Part shown: positions 1 to 9,894 of the stretch, piece after piece
Layout of the letters: the number at the start of each line of letters is the position of its first letter
How positions within the stretch are numbered: position 1 is the stretch's first letter
Assembly (NCBI GenBank): GCA_005222975.1
Contig: NJBI01000042.1
Location: 1 to 29,998 of the forward strand
Origin: Promethearchaeota archaeon Loki_b31
Lineage (GTDB): Archaea > Asgardarchaeota > Lokiarchaeia > Sigyniarchaeales > SOKP01
Direction of reading: 5' to 3'
Length of the DNA stretch: 29,998 nt
Position numbers and translations under genes: made by a program
The notes under the pieces: generated by a model
What the model was told of the DNA's origin: nothing
The model's input: the letters and a program-made list of their open reading frames with translations, nothing else
Databases searched by the model: none

Positions 1-1391
1 TAAAATAGGAAAAAGAAGATAGTTATATTTATGACACATAAAAACAACTAATATGGAAAAATCCATGTTCTTCTTTTTCCCAATTAAATATGGGTGCGAA
101 GTTTAATAAAAACCTTTTGGTTAAAATTATTAAGTCATATTGCAAGCCGAGACGGAAACGATATGACGGCCATTCGAGCGAGGAATTCCCGATCGTGACC
201 CTGTTTAACGCTTTAGTAGGGAATAGTCAGAGAACCGGAACGCAGATATTGAATCGAAAATTGATTGTTCTGTTGAAAAATAATTCCCAACAATCAACGA
301 ATAAAGGGCGTATTTTACCCCATCCTTCTCAGATGAGGGAATATGCGAGAAGATTTTCAATGGAAGAAGCCAACCAAACGTTTTTAAATATTTCTAAGGA
401 AATATTGCCCTTATTATTGGAGCAAAAATTGATTCCAAGAAAATTAAAGATAGCTTTTGACTTTCATAAAGAATTATATTACGGAAAGAAAGACAATCCT
501 TACGTGATCGGCATAAAACCCGAAAAAGGAACGAAGAAAGCTTTCATTTGGCATACTTGTAGCGTTATTCTAAAAGGGAGGGAAATGCAGATCGGAAGCG
601 AACTACTGAAAAAAGGCGTAAAAGCAGGAAGATTCGTGCAGAAAATGATTGAATTCTTCGAATCATTAGAATTAATAATAGAATTGACGGCGATGGATAA
701 GGAATATTATCAAAAATGGATTTTTAAATACTTAGATGGGAAAAACATCACCTATATCATTCCCGTGAGAGAATCTAAGACATTAAAGGGAATGAAAGAA
801 GCCGCCTTGAAAGATCCGAAGGATCGAGTTCAAACCTATGGAATGAAAGAGGATTACGTGAAAGGTAAGGGTTATCCACTTATTGAATTTAAAGTGGGTT
901 TTTATGGGAAGAAAAACGTTAATTTTGGAAAACTAAGAGCTCAATATAACAACGGAACCAGGGATTTGAAGGATATTTTAGCGGATATCTTCGTATTAGC
1001 AACAAATGGCTTCATTCAATCGCCGATCGTTAAAAAAAAGTACAAATTTTATAAAACTCGAAAAGAATATGGAGGTCGTTGGCGGATAGAAATTTCTTAT
1101 CGAGAAGGTAATCCCTTTATCATGTATTCGACCAGCGCGACCCGAATGTTAGGAATTTTTACTTTATTATTAGCCTGTTGCTTTACAACTTCTGGATAAT
1201 TGCGAATTTATTTGTTCACAAAAAGAGGTATTGGTTAGCAAAAGAGCCGAAGGCGTATTTTAAAGAAGACTTCAAGATTGTCTTGTTGAGAACATTTGAA
1301 TATTTTGTAAATACGGGGCCGCCCATCTCAAAATTTTGTCGAACTAAAGAATTAATAGGGAAGGGGTGTATTTTTATTTAGTCAAGTACTG
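1..1391 (+). mobile_element. ISH3-family (IS4-like) insertion sequence; left end probably at or just outside the window start
   Basis: Contains a DDE transposase. The sequence after the stop ends TTTAGTCAAGTACTG at 1391, whose reverse complement CAGTACTTGACTAAA fits the 5'-CAG terminus of ISH3 elements. It is followed by ATTAT, a candidate 5-bp target duplication. The window starts TAAAATAG, compatible with the inner part of a left IR. Confidence 0.7.
31..1381 (+). pseudogene. ISH3-family DDE transposase, frameshifted (ORFs 90..1199 and 1178..1381)
   Basis: Motifs IAFDFH, AMDKEY and YGGRWRIEISYR (Y-2-R-3-E-3-R). The expected C-terminus DPNVRNFYFIISLLLYNFW is in another frame from about 1139. 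A second apparent 1-nt deletion in the A5 run at 40-44 separates ATG 31 from the main frame. Confidence 0.85.
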
Positions 1392-1410
1392 ATTATATTA
1401 AAAAACACAA

Positions 1411-1423
1411 TATATAAACTTCT
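1411..1423 (-). promoter_or_regulatory. Putative archaeal TATA box (TTTATATA) with purine-rich upstream bases, directed leftward toward the IS end
   Basis: Minus strand reads AGAAGTTTATATA (1423..1411). The AT-rich background lowers specificity. Confidence 0.4.
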
Positions 1424-1434
1424 AAAATATTGCT

Positions 1435-1600
1435 TATCGTAATACGAAATAAGAATGTAATACGAAAAACGACAAAAATCGTATTACAAATCAACCAAAA
1501 TAACAATTCCAATGTTCTTAAAAAAAAAATATATCGTAATACGAAATAACAGTATCAATCAATTGTAATACGATTAAATATTACCATATATCGTAATACA
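1435..1600. repeat. Cluster of six (TC)GTAATAC(GA) quasi-palindromic sites; putative operator array
   Basis: TCGTAATACGA at 1437-1447 and 1534-1544, both within the identical 18-mer TATCGTAATACGAAATAA. GTAATACGA at 1457-1465 and 1565-1573. Inverted TCGTATTAC at 1479-1487. TCGTAATAC at 1591-1599. Confidence 0.8.
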
Positions 1601-1736
1601 GAAAAACTCTTTGTATCTTTGTAATTTTTAAACGATAGTTGCGACATGCAGTAAATATTATGGTTTTATTAGTAAAATATATTTTCTGATATAAAAGGAC
1701 GGAACAAAAATCAATAAAAGGAATTTATTTTTTATA

Positions 1737-4523
1737 TTATTTAATAACTATTGCAGGTCGACCTGGTAGCGATTGGGATGCTTTATTTTCTTTTGAGTCG
1801 CTCTCTAAAACGATATTTATCTGGCAGTTGAATTTTTTTTTAATTATTGGTATCATCTCCTTAAAGAATTGATACTCTTCTTCAGTTGAAAGTGTATATT
1901 TTGGATATTTACCAATATTTTTTAATATTTTTGCCGTTGTTTGATTAATGAATTTAGCGTAAGTTTTAAACTCGTCATGTTGCATTATCTTTTTCATGAT
2001 TTCTCCTTGATCTCTTGATTTTTCTATTAAACTAATTAAAAGCGAATAGAATTTGAATTTCCACGAAGCGGCAATTATTATGTTAATGTGTTTTAACTTG
2101 TCTTTTTTGGTTGCTAATTTAATGCTGTTAATATCGTCTACAGTATTGCCCATAAGTTTCCATTTAAATTCATTTTCGACAGTTAATAAAGAATCGTTAT
2201 ACGATGGCCAATTGGCTAAACTGATAAATTCTTTTTTTCCCAAAAGCTCCCAAATCTCCTCTGTTGTATGTGGAGCAATTGGGTGAAAAAGTAATGTCAA
2301 TTTTTCTCGACACTCGTTGAAAATTTCTTTTAATCCACCTTCGTCCTTATATTTTGTTAAATCCGAAAAAAATAGAATAATATGATTTATAACATCTCGA
2401 ATGGCAAGTTTCTCGTAGCTTTCCGTAACCGTTTTTATAGTTTTATTCAAATTGTATGTGATTAATTCGTCCCTAATGGAGCTCTTTGCTCGTACTTTTT
2501 CGATTGGTTCTCTTAACAAGTGAAAAAAATTCCTTATAAATTTGTAAGCGAAATCTACGCCTTCGTCAGACCATTCTAACCCCGATTTTGGACTAGCTCC
2601 AAACAAAATAAAAAATCTCGCTGCATCGGCTCCATACTTATTCAAAATTCCAATTGGTTCTACAGTATTACCAAGACTCTTACTCATTTTAACGCTTTTC
2701 AAAATATATTCCGTTCCGCATCGTTTACATCTTTTATCGTGCATTTCTGCTTTCTTTGCGAATGTTTCGCATTCAAGACAGAAAGGATGGGCTTTATTTA
2801 TCATTCCTTGTGTTAATAACTTTTGAAATGGTTCATCACACGAGTGAAGCCCAAGATCTCGAGCTACTTTAGTGAAAAATCTTGCATATAATAAATGGAG
2901 CACAGAATGTTCAACACCTCCAATATACTGATCGACATTCATCCAATAATCTGCTATATCTTTTCTGTATGGTAATTTCTTCTCATCAGGATCGCAATAC
3001 CTGAAGAAATACCACGAGCTATCTACAAAAGTATCCATTGTGTCTGTTTCTCTTTTAGCTGGTTTTCTACATTTTGGGCATTGGACTTTGACAAAACTTA
3101 CACTTGTTTTAAGAGGATTTCCTTTACCTGCGAACTTTATGTCTTTAGGTAGCTCCACAGGTAAGTCTTCATAAGGTACGGGAACGATTCCACAAGTATC
3201 ACAATAAATAATTGGAATAGGGCAGCCCCAATAGCGTTGTCTTGAAATTAACCAATCTCTTAATTTATAATTGATTGCATCTTCCCCCATTTTCATTTTT
3301 TCTAGCTTCTTTGTAATTGATTTTATAGCAGAGCGGTTTTCCATACCATTAAACTCGTTTGAATTAACTAACGTCCCATCGCCTTCATAAGCTCTAATCA
3401 TTTTTTTCTCATGTATTTCATAATCAAACGGCTGAATAACTATTTTTATTGGTATATCGTATTCTTTTGCAAATTCAAAGTCACGTTGATCGTGTCCAGG
3501 AACGGCCATAACGGCTCCAGCACCATATTCATAGATGATAAAATTACCTACATAAATTGGAATTTCTTCCTTAGTCATGGGGTTAATGGCATATTTACCA
3601 ATAAATAATCCTTTCTTTTCTACCTCAATATCGGTTCTTTCAAACTTATCTTGTTTCGTTGCTTCATTGTAGAATTTTTCAAAGGCCTCCTCATATTCCG
3701 TCCCTTTTACCCATAATTTTATCCAAGGATGTTCTGGTGCGAAGACCATAAAGGTAACGCCAAATAAAGTATCAGCTCTAGTTGTAAAAATGTCGATTGT
3801 TCGATCCTCTCCTACAATTGGGAACCGAATGACGCTTCCTTCGGAGCGCCCAATCCAGTTTCTTTGCATAGTTTTCACTTTTTCTGGCCATTCAACTTGG
3901 TTTAATCCATCCAAAAGCTCTTCAGCATATTCTCTAATTTTTAAAAACCATTGAGTTAAGAACTTCTGTTCAACTTCAGAACTACAACGCCAACATTTAC
4001 CGCTTAGAACTTGTTCATTAGCTAATACCGTCGTGCAATCTGGGCACCAATTCACATAGCTTTCTTGTCTGTATGCTAAACTTTTCTCGTACATTTTTAT
4101 AAAGAACCATTGATCCCACTTGTAATAATTAGGATCGTGACTGTAGACCATTCGCCTCCAATCGTATGAAAGCCCTATGTGCTTTTGTTGTTGTTGAATC
4201 GATTTTATATTAAAGTCTGTCCATTCTGCGGGATCAACTCCTTGATTTATGGCAGCATTTTCTGCTGGTAATCCATAGCTATCATAGCCCATTGGGTATA
4301 ATACATTAAAACCTTGCATTCTTTTGAATCTTGCAAAAGAATCTCCTATTGAATAATTGCGAAGGTGCCCGATATGTAAATCTGAGCTTGGATAGGGGTA
4401 CATCTCCAAAACATAATATTTATCCTTCCCCTTTTTGCTCAAATCTTCTTTAACTTCGAAAATCTTCTCTTTTTCCCACTTATTTTGCCATTTTTTCTCG
4501 ATTTTTTGAAAGTTATATTCCAT
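1737..4523 (-). CDS. leuS: Leucine--tRNA ligase
   Basis: [23 protein letters not shown]1 editing motifs FTTRADT and [39 protein letters not shown]. Confidence 0.98.
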   Translation of the reverse strand: MEYNFQKIEKKWQNKWEKEKIFEVKEDLSKKGKDKYYVLEMYPYPSSDLHIGHLRNYSIGDSFARFKRMQGFNVLYPMGYDSYGLPAENAAINQGVDPAEWTDFNIKSIQQQQKHIGLSYDWRRMVYSHDPNYYKWDQWFFIKMYEKSLAYRQESYVNWCPDCTTVLANEQVLSGKCWRCSSEVEQKFLTQWFLKIREYAEELLDGLNQVEWPEKVKTMQRNWIGRSEGSVIRFPIVGEDRTIDIFTTRADTLFGVTFMVFAPEHPWIKLWVKGTEYEEAFEKFYNEATKQDKFERTDIEVEKKGLFIGKYAINPMTKEEIPIYVGNFIIYEYGAGAVMAVPGHDQRDFEFAKEYDIPIKIVIQPFDYEIHEKKMIRAYEGDGTLVNSNEFNGMENRSAIKSITKKLEKMKMGEDAINYKLRDWLISRQRYWGCPIPIIYCDTCGIVPVPYEDLPVELPKDIKFAGKGNPLKTSVSFVKVQCPKCRKPAKRETDTMDTFVDSSWYFFRYCDPDEKKLPYRKDIADYWMNVDQYIGGVEHSVLHLLYARFFTKVARDLGLHSCDEPFQKLLTQGMINKAHPFCLECETFAKKAEMHDKRCKRCGTEYILKSVKMSKSLGNTVEPIGILNKYGADAARFFILFGASPKSGLEWSDEGVDFAYKFIRNFFHLLREPIEKVRAKSSIRDELITYNLNKTIKTVTESYEKLAIRDVINHIILFFSDLTKYKDEGGLKEIFNECREKLTLLFHPIAPHTTEEIWELLGKKEFISLANWPSYNDSLLTVENEFKWKLMGNTVDDINSIKLATKKDKLKHINIIIAASWKFKFYSLLISLIEKSRDQGEIMKKIMQHDEFKTYAKFINQTTAKILKNIGKYPKYTLSTEEEYQFFKEMIPIIKKKFNCQINIVLESDSKENKASQSLPGRPAIVIK

Positions 4524-4654
4524 TTTAGATAAAAGTAATTCCTTTAATATTGCTATAAAAATATAAACTTGAATAATTTATACAATAAATTTTTTTTGAA
4601 TTGAGTCATATTTTTATAAAAAAGGTTAACTTAAGAGAAATTATTGGTTTAATA

Positions 4655-5656
4655 ATGACAATAGAGAAAATTAGGGTGTCAATTGGGAGCGCTTCAGTGC
4701 TTGGATTATATCAAAGTAAAAGATTTAAAGATATTCCAACTACATGTTATATCATGACTTATAAAGAGGGGCATTGTATTGCAAATTGTGGTTTTTGTCC
4801 CCAAGCCAGGGAATCAGAAAGCTCAGTTGAGATGCTCTCACGAGTAAGTTGGCCAGTTTTTTCTTTTAAAGAATTTCTAACAAAAATTAGTTATTTACCA
4901 CCTACAAAAAGGTTTAAAAGAGTTTGCATTCAAACTCTAAATTACACTCAAAATTTTCAAGATTTGTTAGAAATTATTACTCAACTTAAAAAGAACAGTA
5001 ATACACCAATATCTGTCGCAGTACCACCTATGTCGAGAGAAAAATTAGAAGAATTAAAACTTATTGGTGTAGAGAGGGTGGGTATAGCTCTAGATGCCGC
5101 TACGCCTAAAATCTTTGAGGAAGTAAAAGGTAAAAAGGTTAATAGCCCTTACGATTGGGATAATCATTTTCAAAATCTTAAAGCGGCATTAGAAATTTTT
5201 TCAGAAGGATTTGTTACCACACATTTAATCGTTGGTTTAGGCGAAACTCAGAAAGAAATTTTAACAACGATTAACAAACTAAATACACTAAGAATCAGAG
5301 TAAGTTTATTTGCATTTACACCAATTAAAGGAACAAGTCTTGAAAACCTCAGGCAACCTGATATTATTCATTTTAGAAAGATACAGCTTGGAAGATACCT
5401 TCTTATAAATGGACTTAAAAAACTTAAGGATTTTACTTTTAATACTAACGGCGATGTAATCAAATTCAATTTAAATAAAAGAGATTTATGGAATATTATT
5501 GACGAGACCAGCGCATTTCTAACATCGGGATGTCCAGGTTGCAATCGTCCATATTATACATCAAAACCTTCTGGTCCAATCTATAATTACCCGAGAAAAC
5601 TCATAACAAATGAAAAAGATAATATTTTTCAATCCTTAATTAAGCTCGTTCATTAA
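4655..5656 (+). CDS. lipS2: Radical SAM lipoyl synthase subunit LipS2 (archaeal type)
   Basis: CxxxCxxC motif (CIANCGFC) plus C-terminal TSGCPGCNRP, matching the LipS2 TxGCPxC(N/D)RP signature. Adjacent to a lipoate ligase. ATG 4655 (MTIEKIRVSIG) is preferred over TTG 4601. Confidence 0.85.
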   Translation: MTIEKIRVSIGSASVLGLYQSKRFKDIPTTCYIMTYKEGHCIANCGFCPQARESESSVEMLSRVSWPVFSFKEFLTKISYLPPTKRFKRVCIQTLNYTQNFQDLLEIITQLKKNSNTPISVAVPPMSREKLEELKLIGVERVGIALDAATPKIFEEVKGKKVNSPYDWDNHFQNLKAALEIFSEGFVTTHLIVGLGETQKEILTTINKLNTLRIRVSLFAFTPIKGTSLENLRQPDIIHFRKIQLGRYLLINGLKKLKDFTFNTNGDVIKFNLNKRDLWNIIDETSAFLTSGCPGCNRPYYTSKPSGPIYNYPRKLITNEKDNIFQSLIKLVH

Positions 5657-5661
5657 AGACA

Positions 5662-6453
5662 ATGGTAAAAAGTTTGAAAGAATGGAGATTTATTCCTATA
5701 GAAGTTAGAAATGGATATTGGAATATGGCATTAGATGAGGCTATTCTAAATGCTGTTATTGAAAAAGAATCTCCTAACACCTTAAGGTTTTTTAAGTGGG
5801 AACCATCAACAGTATCAATAGGTAGAAATCAAAGCCTTTCAAACGAAGTTAACACGAATGTAGCTATTGAAAAGGGTTTTAATATCGTGCGGAGAATTAC
5901 AGGGGGAGGAGCAGTGTTTCACGACAATACTCGCGAAATTACATATTCTATTGTGTGTCCTATAAAATTTCTAGAAAGACTTAATGCAAAGAAAGTGATT
6001 GAGCAGTTTGAAATATTAGAGGCAGGAATAATTGCGGGTTTAGCAAAGTATGGATTACAACCAGAAAAAGGAGTTATACATTGCCCCGCAATTTTTTTAG
6101 ACGGAAAAAAGTTTTCTGGAAATGCGCAAGTCAGAAAAAGAGGTTTTCTCCTCCAACATGGAACGATTTTATTAGAACTCGATCCAGAACTTATGTATTC
6201 AGTTCTAAAAGCACCTCATAACATAGGCAAATCGAAAATGGTAAATTCTGTTTTTGCTAAATGTATTGGTATAAAGGAACAATTAAATTATTATAATGAA
6301 GAAGATTTTCTATTATCTCTAAAAGATGGTTTTGAAACCACATTAGGGATAAAATTAAAAGAAGGAACTTATACAGATTATGAATTGGAATTAGCAGAAG
6401 AACTTGTTCTACAGAAATATTCGAATATTGAATGGTTAAAGAAATATGAATGA
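5662..6453 (+). CDS. Lipoate/octanoate-protein ligase catalytic domain (LplA-N/LipM-like), no C-terminal LplB domain
   Basis: NMALDEA, RRITGGGAVFHD, GKKFSGNAQ, LQHGTI; 263 aa. Confidence 0.9.
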   Translation: MVKSLKEWRFIPIEVRNGYWNMALDEAILNAVIEKESPNTLRFFKWEPSTVSIGRNQSLSNEVNTNVAIEKGFNIVRRITGGGAVFHDNTREITYSIVCPIKFLERLNAKKVIEQFEILEAGIIAGLAKYGLQPEKGVIHCPAIFLDGKKFSGNAQVRKRGFLLQHGTILLELDPELMYSVLKAPHNIGKSKMVNSVFAKCIGIKEQLNYYNEEDFLLSLKDGFETTLGIKLKEGTYTDYELELAEELVLQKYSNIEWLKKYE

Positions 6454-7498
6454 AATTAGAGTATTATTAGAGAAATTTGAAACTGGTACCCAGACTTGGT
6501 TTGATTATGAAGAGTTGATAAATCTTAAATCAAAAGATTTAGAACCTTTTTTTAAACTTGCTTATAATTTGAAAAAGCAAAATTTTGGTAATGAATTAAA
6601 GATTTATATCCCCAATAATAGGTTTCCGGCAATAAGTATTACTGGAACCGAATGTTCGTTAAACTGCGAACATTGTAATAAAAAATACCTTGATGGAATG
6701 ATAGCAATTTTAAATAATAAGGACCTAGAAGCTTTTTTAATGAATTTATCTAATAATGATGGCGTTGGAGTTTTAATCTCAGGAGGATGTCAACCCAATG
6801 GTTCAGTTCCTTTATTAAATTTTTTAGATACTATTAAAAAAATAAAGAAGAAAACGAACTTAATAATAAATGTGCACACGGGTTTACTCAGCGAAGAAAC
6901 GGCTAGGAAATTAGCCGAGGTAGGTGTAGATATCGTATCTTTTGACATAAACATGGATGAGGAAATTATAAAAGAGATATATCACTTAGACAAAGATTTA
7001 GAGGATTATAAAAGGGCAATAGAAATTCTGCAAAAATATAAATTGAATGTGGTTCCTCACATTTGTATTGGTTTATATTACGGAAAACTCCATAAAGAAT
7101 TAGAATCAATAAAATTCATAAAAGAATGCGGATTAAATCCCTCCTTAATAGTATTAATTGCTTTAATTCCCCCTAAGAATTCTAAAACAAAATTCATTAG
7201 ACCAAAACCTATTGATATCGCAAAGGTTATTTCAATAATTAGATTTATTTATCCAAGATCAGAAACTTCCTTAGGATGCATGAGACCAAGGGGGACCGTA
7301 AAAGTAGAAATAGAAAAATGCGCAATTCGAGCAGGTATTACGAGGATCGAAATTCCTTCAAAAAAAACTTTAAAATGGATAAAAGTAGAAGATCCTGAAG
7401 TGAACTTTAATTTTTTATCTGCGTGTTGTGCTATTCCAAAAGAATTTGAGAAATTTGCTAGAAGTAAAGCTTCTGATTTAAAGAGTTATCAAATCTAA
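6446..7498 (+). CDS. lipS1: Radical SAM lipoyl synthase subunit LipS1 (archaeal type)
   Basis: ISITGTECSLNCEHC, LISGG, LGCMRP and ACC match the GC(M/A)R and CC signatures of LipS1. Overlaps the ligase stop codon. Confidence 0.85.
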   Translation: MNEIRVLLEKFETGTQTWFDYEELINLKSKDLEPFFKLAYNLKKQNFGNELKIYIPNNRFPAISITGTECSLNCEHCNKKYLDGMIAILNNKDLEAFLMNLSNNDGVGVLISGGCQPNGSVPLLNFLDTIKKIKKKTNLIINVHTGLLSEETARKLAEVGVDIVSFDINMDEEIIKEIYHLDKDLEDYKRAIEILQKYKLNVVPHICIGLYYGKLHKELESIKFIKECGLNPSLIVLIALIPPKNSKTKFIRPKPIDIAKVISIIRFIYPRSETSLGCMRPRGTVKVEIEKCAIRAGITRIEIPSKKTLKWIKVEDPEVNFNFLSACCAIPKEFEKFARSKASDLKSYQI

Positions 7499-7523
7499 TT
7501 AGATATAAAGAATATTTAAGAAA

Positions 7524-8927
7524 ATGAAAGAAAAAGTTAACTTAATCGCGATTAAGGAAATCCCTCTAATAAAAGCTGGCGACGATATTCCCAAAATTAT
7601 TTTTAATGCTTTAAAATTAAATAGTTTAGCGTTAGAAAATGGAGATATTTTAGTTATTGCCCAAACTATAATTTCAAAAAGCCTTGGAAGGACACAGAAT
7701 TTAAATCAAATTAAACCAAGTCAAAAAGCTATTGAAATCTACAATAAAATAGCGCCCTTGGTAAAGAAAAATTCTTTACCAGAAAAAAGCACTGAATTAA
7801 TTCAAGCTATATTAGACGAATCTACGGAAGTAATAAAAACTGAACACGTAATGATTGTTGAGACTCACCATGGTTTTGTATGTGCTAATGCGGGTATTGA
7901 CAAATCGAATGTTGAAGGTAAGGATGAAATTACTTTGTTACCCTTAGATTCAGATAAAGAAGCAGAAAAAATTAGAACTTCGCTCCAAAGATTAACTGGA
8001 AAAAAAATTGCTGTAATAATTTCTGATTCATTTGGGAGATCATTCAGGATAGGATCAGTGGGCGTAGCTTTAGGAGCTTCTGGCATAAATCCAATTTTGG
8101 ATAAAAGAGGAAGCAAAGATTTATATGGAAAAGAGTTACAGAGTACTATTGTGGGTCAAATTGATAATTTAGCATCTGCAGCTCAATTAATTATGGGAGA
8201 AGCTGACGAAGGACAGCCAGTTGTAGTTATAAGAGGGTACGATTTTAACATAACTGAAAATACTTCAATAAAACAAATCTTAAGAAAAAGAGAGCTAGAT
8301 TTGTTTAGAGACGCAAAATTTCGAGAGAATTTTGAAAAATTATTAAAATCACGAAGAAGTTACAAATTAGAGTTTAGTAATAAAAAAATAGAGGAGAATG
8401 TGATAAAGGAGTGCATTGAAATGGCGCGATGGGCACCAAGCGCGCATAATGGTCAGTTTTGGCGCTATATTATAATGGAACAAGGAAAATTGCGTGAAAC
8501 TTTAATAAAAAATATAAATTTTAAACTAGGAGAAGATTTGTTTAAAGATGGTAAATCGAAAAATTTTATTAAAAAAAAAATCGAAAAAACAAAAAATCAA
8601 TTTTTAAGATCTCCTTATTTAATTCTTCTTTGTTTAGACACACAAGATTTAGAGAAATATTCTGATCAAGAAAGAGAAAAAAACGAATATGTTATGGGAG
8701 TGCAAAGCATAAGCGCGTCAGCAACATATTTGCTTCTTGCTTTTGAAATAAGAGAGTTAGCAGCGTGTTGGTATTGTGCTCCTTTATTTGCTAAGGAAAT
8801 TATTAAAAATACATTGAATCTACCGTCTTCTTTTATTCCAATGGCATTTTTTACAGTAGGACAATCGTTAAAGACGCAAGAAATACCCAAACGTAAAGAA
8901 TTGAAGGATATAGTTTTTAAAGTATAA
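7524..8927 (+). CDS. cofE: Coenzyme F420-0:L-glutamate ligase fused to a C-terminal nitroreductase-fold domain (FbiB architecture)
   Basis: N-terminal CANAGIDKSN, IISDSFGR and GEADEGQPVVVIRG. C-terminal SRRSY and WAPSAHNGQFWR (nitroreductase). Confidence 0.9.
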   Translation: MKEKVNLIAIKEIPLIKAGDDIPKIIFNALKLNSLALENGDILVIAQTIISKSLGRTQNLNQIKPSQKAIEIYNKIAPLVKKNSLPEKSTELIQAILDESTEVIKTEHVMIVETHHGFVCANAGIDKSNVEGKDEITLLPLDSDKEAEKIRTSLQRLTGKKIAVIISDSFGRSFRIGSVGVALGASGINPILDKRGSKDLYGKELQSTIVGQIDNLASAAQLIMGEADEGQPVVVIRGYDFNITENTSIKQILRKRELDLFRDAKFRENFEKLLKSRRSYKLEFSNKKIEENVIKECIEMARWAPSAHNGQFWRYIIMEQGKLRETLIKNINFKLGEDLFKDGKSKNFIKKKIEKTKNQFLRSPYLILLCLDTQDLEKYSDQEREKNEYVMGVQSISASATYLLLAFEIRELAACWYCAPLFAKEIIKNTLNLPSSFIPMAFFTVGQSLKTQEIPKRKELKDIVFKV

Positions 8928-8949
8928 AAAACTAATCATGTGAATAAAT

Positions 8950-9885
8950 ATGAACGAAAAATATTATTTAATACTCGCTGGAGGTGTTGGAGCCGCAAAA
9001 TTCATTAAAGGTCTAGCAAATGTTATTGATCCCGCGTTATTAAAGATTATTATTAATACTGGTGACGATATCGAATTATTCGGTTTAAAAATGTGTCCCG
9101 ATATAGATATTATTACTTACACCTTAGCCAATATAGTGGACAAAGAAAAGGGATGGGGTTTTCAAGATGAAACTTTTAATTGTTTAAGTATTTTGAAAAA
9201 GTATTACGGATTTGAATGGTTTAACGCTGGAGATAAAGATTTGGCAACTCATATTTATCGTACCGATTTATTTAAAAAAGGGTTTAATAAGGCAGAAATA
9301 ACCACGATAATTTGTGAAAAATTTGGAATTAAATCTCAACTTATCCCTATGTGTAATGAAGACGTACAAACATTTATTACAACGGATTTAAAAAAAATGC
9401 ATTTTGAAGAATATTTCATTAAATACCATTGTGAACCTAAAGTTATTGATGTACAATTTCAAGGCATTAAAAAAGCAAGGCCAGTGAATAACATTTTGGA
9501 TTATATCAAGAAAGCAAAGAAGGTTCTAATTTGCCCTTCGAATCCGATAGTGTCAATAGGAACCATATTAGGTGTGGAGGGAATTAGAGAATCGTTAAAA
9601 AATGTTAAGCAAAAGGTAATAGCAATTAGCCCCATTATAGAAGGAGCAACGGTACAGGGTCCAGCGGACAAATTAATGAAATGCTTTGGAATAGAAGTTT
9701 CTTGCGTTGGCGTAGCAAAATATTATCGTGAGATTATTGGTCATTTTATCATTGATAAAAAGGATTGTAAATTAAAATCGGAAATAGAGAAATTTGATAT
9801 ACATACTTATTGTTTTGATACCATGATGGTAACCTTAGAAAAAAAGAAAGAATTAGCTCAGTTTGTAATTGATATTAAAACATAG
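8950..9885 (+). CDS. cofD: 2-phospho-L-lactate/phosphoenolpyruvate transferase CofD (FbiA)
   Basis: LAGGVGAAKF, NTGDD, CPDID, GDKDLATH, HFEEY, CPSNPIVSIG. Confidence 0.93.
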   Translation: MNEKYYLILAGGVGAAKFIKGLANVIDPALLKIIINTGDDIELFGLKMCPDIDIITYTLANIVDKEKGWGFQDETFNCLSILKKYYGFEWFNAGDKDLATHIYRTDLFKKGFNKAEITTIICEKFGIKSQLIPMCNEDVQTFITTDLKKMHFEEYFIKYHCEPKVIDVQFQGIKKARPVNNILDYIKKAKKVLICPSNPIVSIGTILGVEGIRESLKNVKQKVIAISPIIEGATVQGPADKLMKCFGIEVSCVGVAKYYREIIGHFIIDKKDCKLKSEIEKFDIHTYCFDTMMVTLEKKKELAQFVIDIKT

Positions 9886-9894
9886 AAATTTGTC

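Noticed and set aside
1435-1600. Mini-CRISPR array or ORB replication origin
   Set aside because: Repeats are only 9-18 bp, in mixed orientation and irregularly spaced. There are no cas or cdc6 genes and no G-string ORB motif.
2053-3608. Short + strand ORFs 2053..2286 and 3411..3608
   Set aside because: Antisense shadows inside leuS with no recognisable motifs.
4601-7498. Biotin synthase BioB or classical LipA call for the two radical SAM genes
   Set aside because: They lack the LipA CX4CX5C motif. The LipS1/LipS2 signatures and the intervening lipoate ligase fit better.
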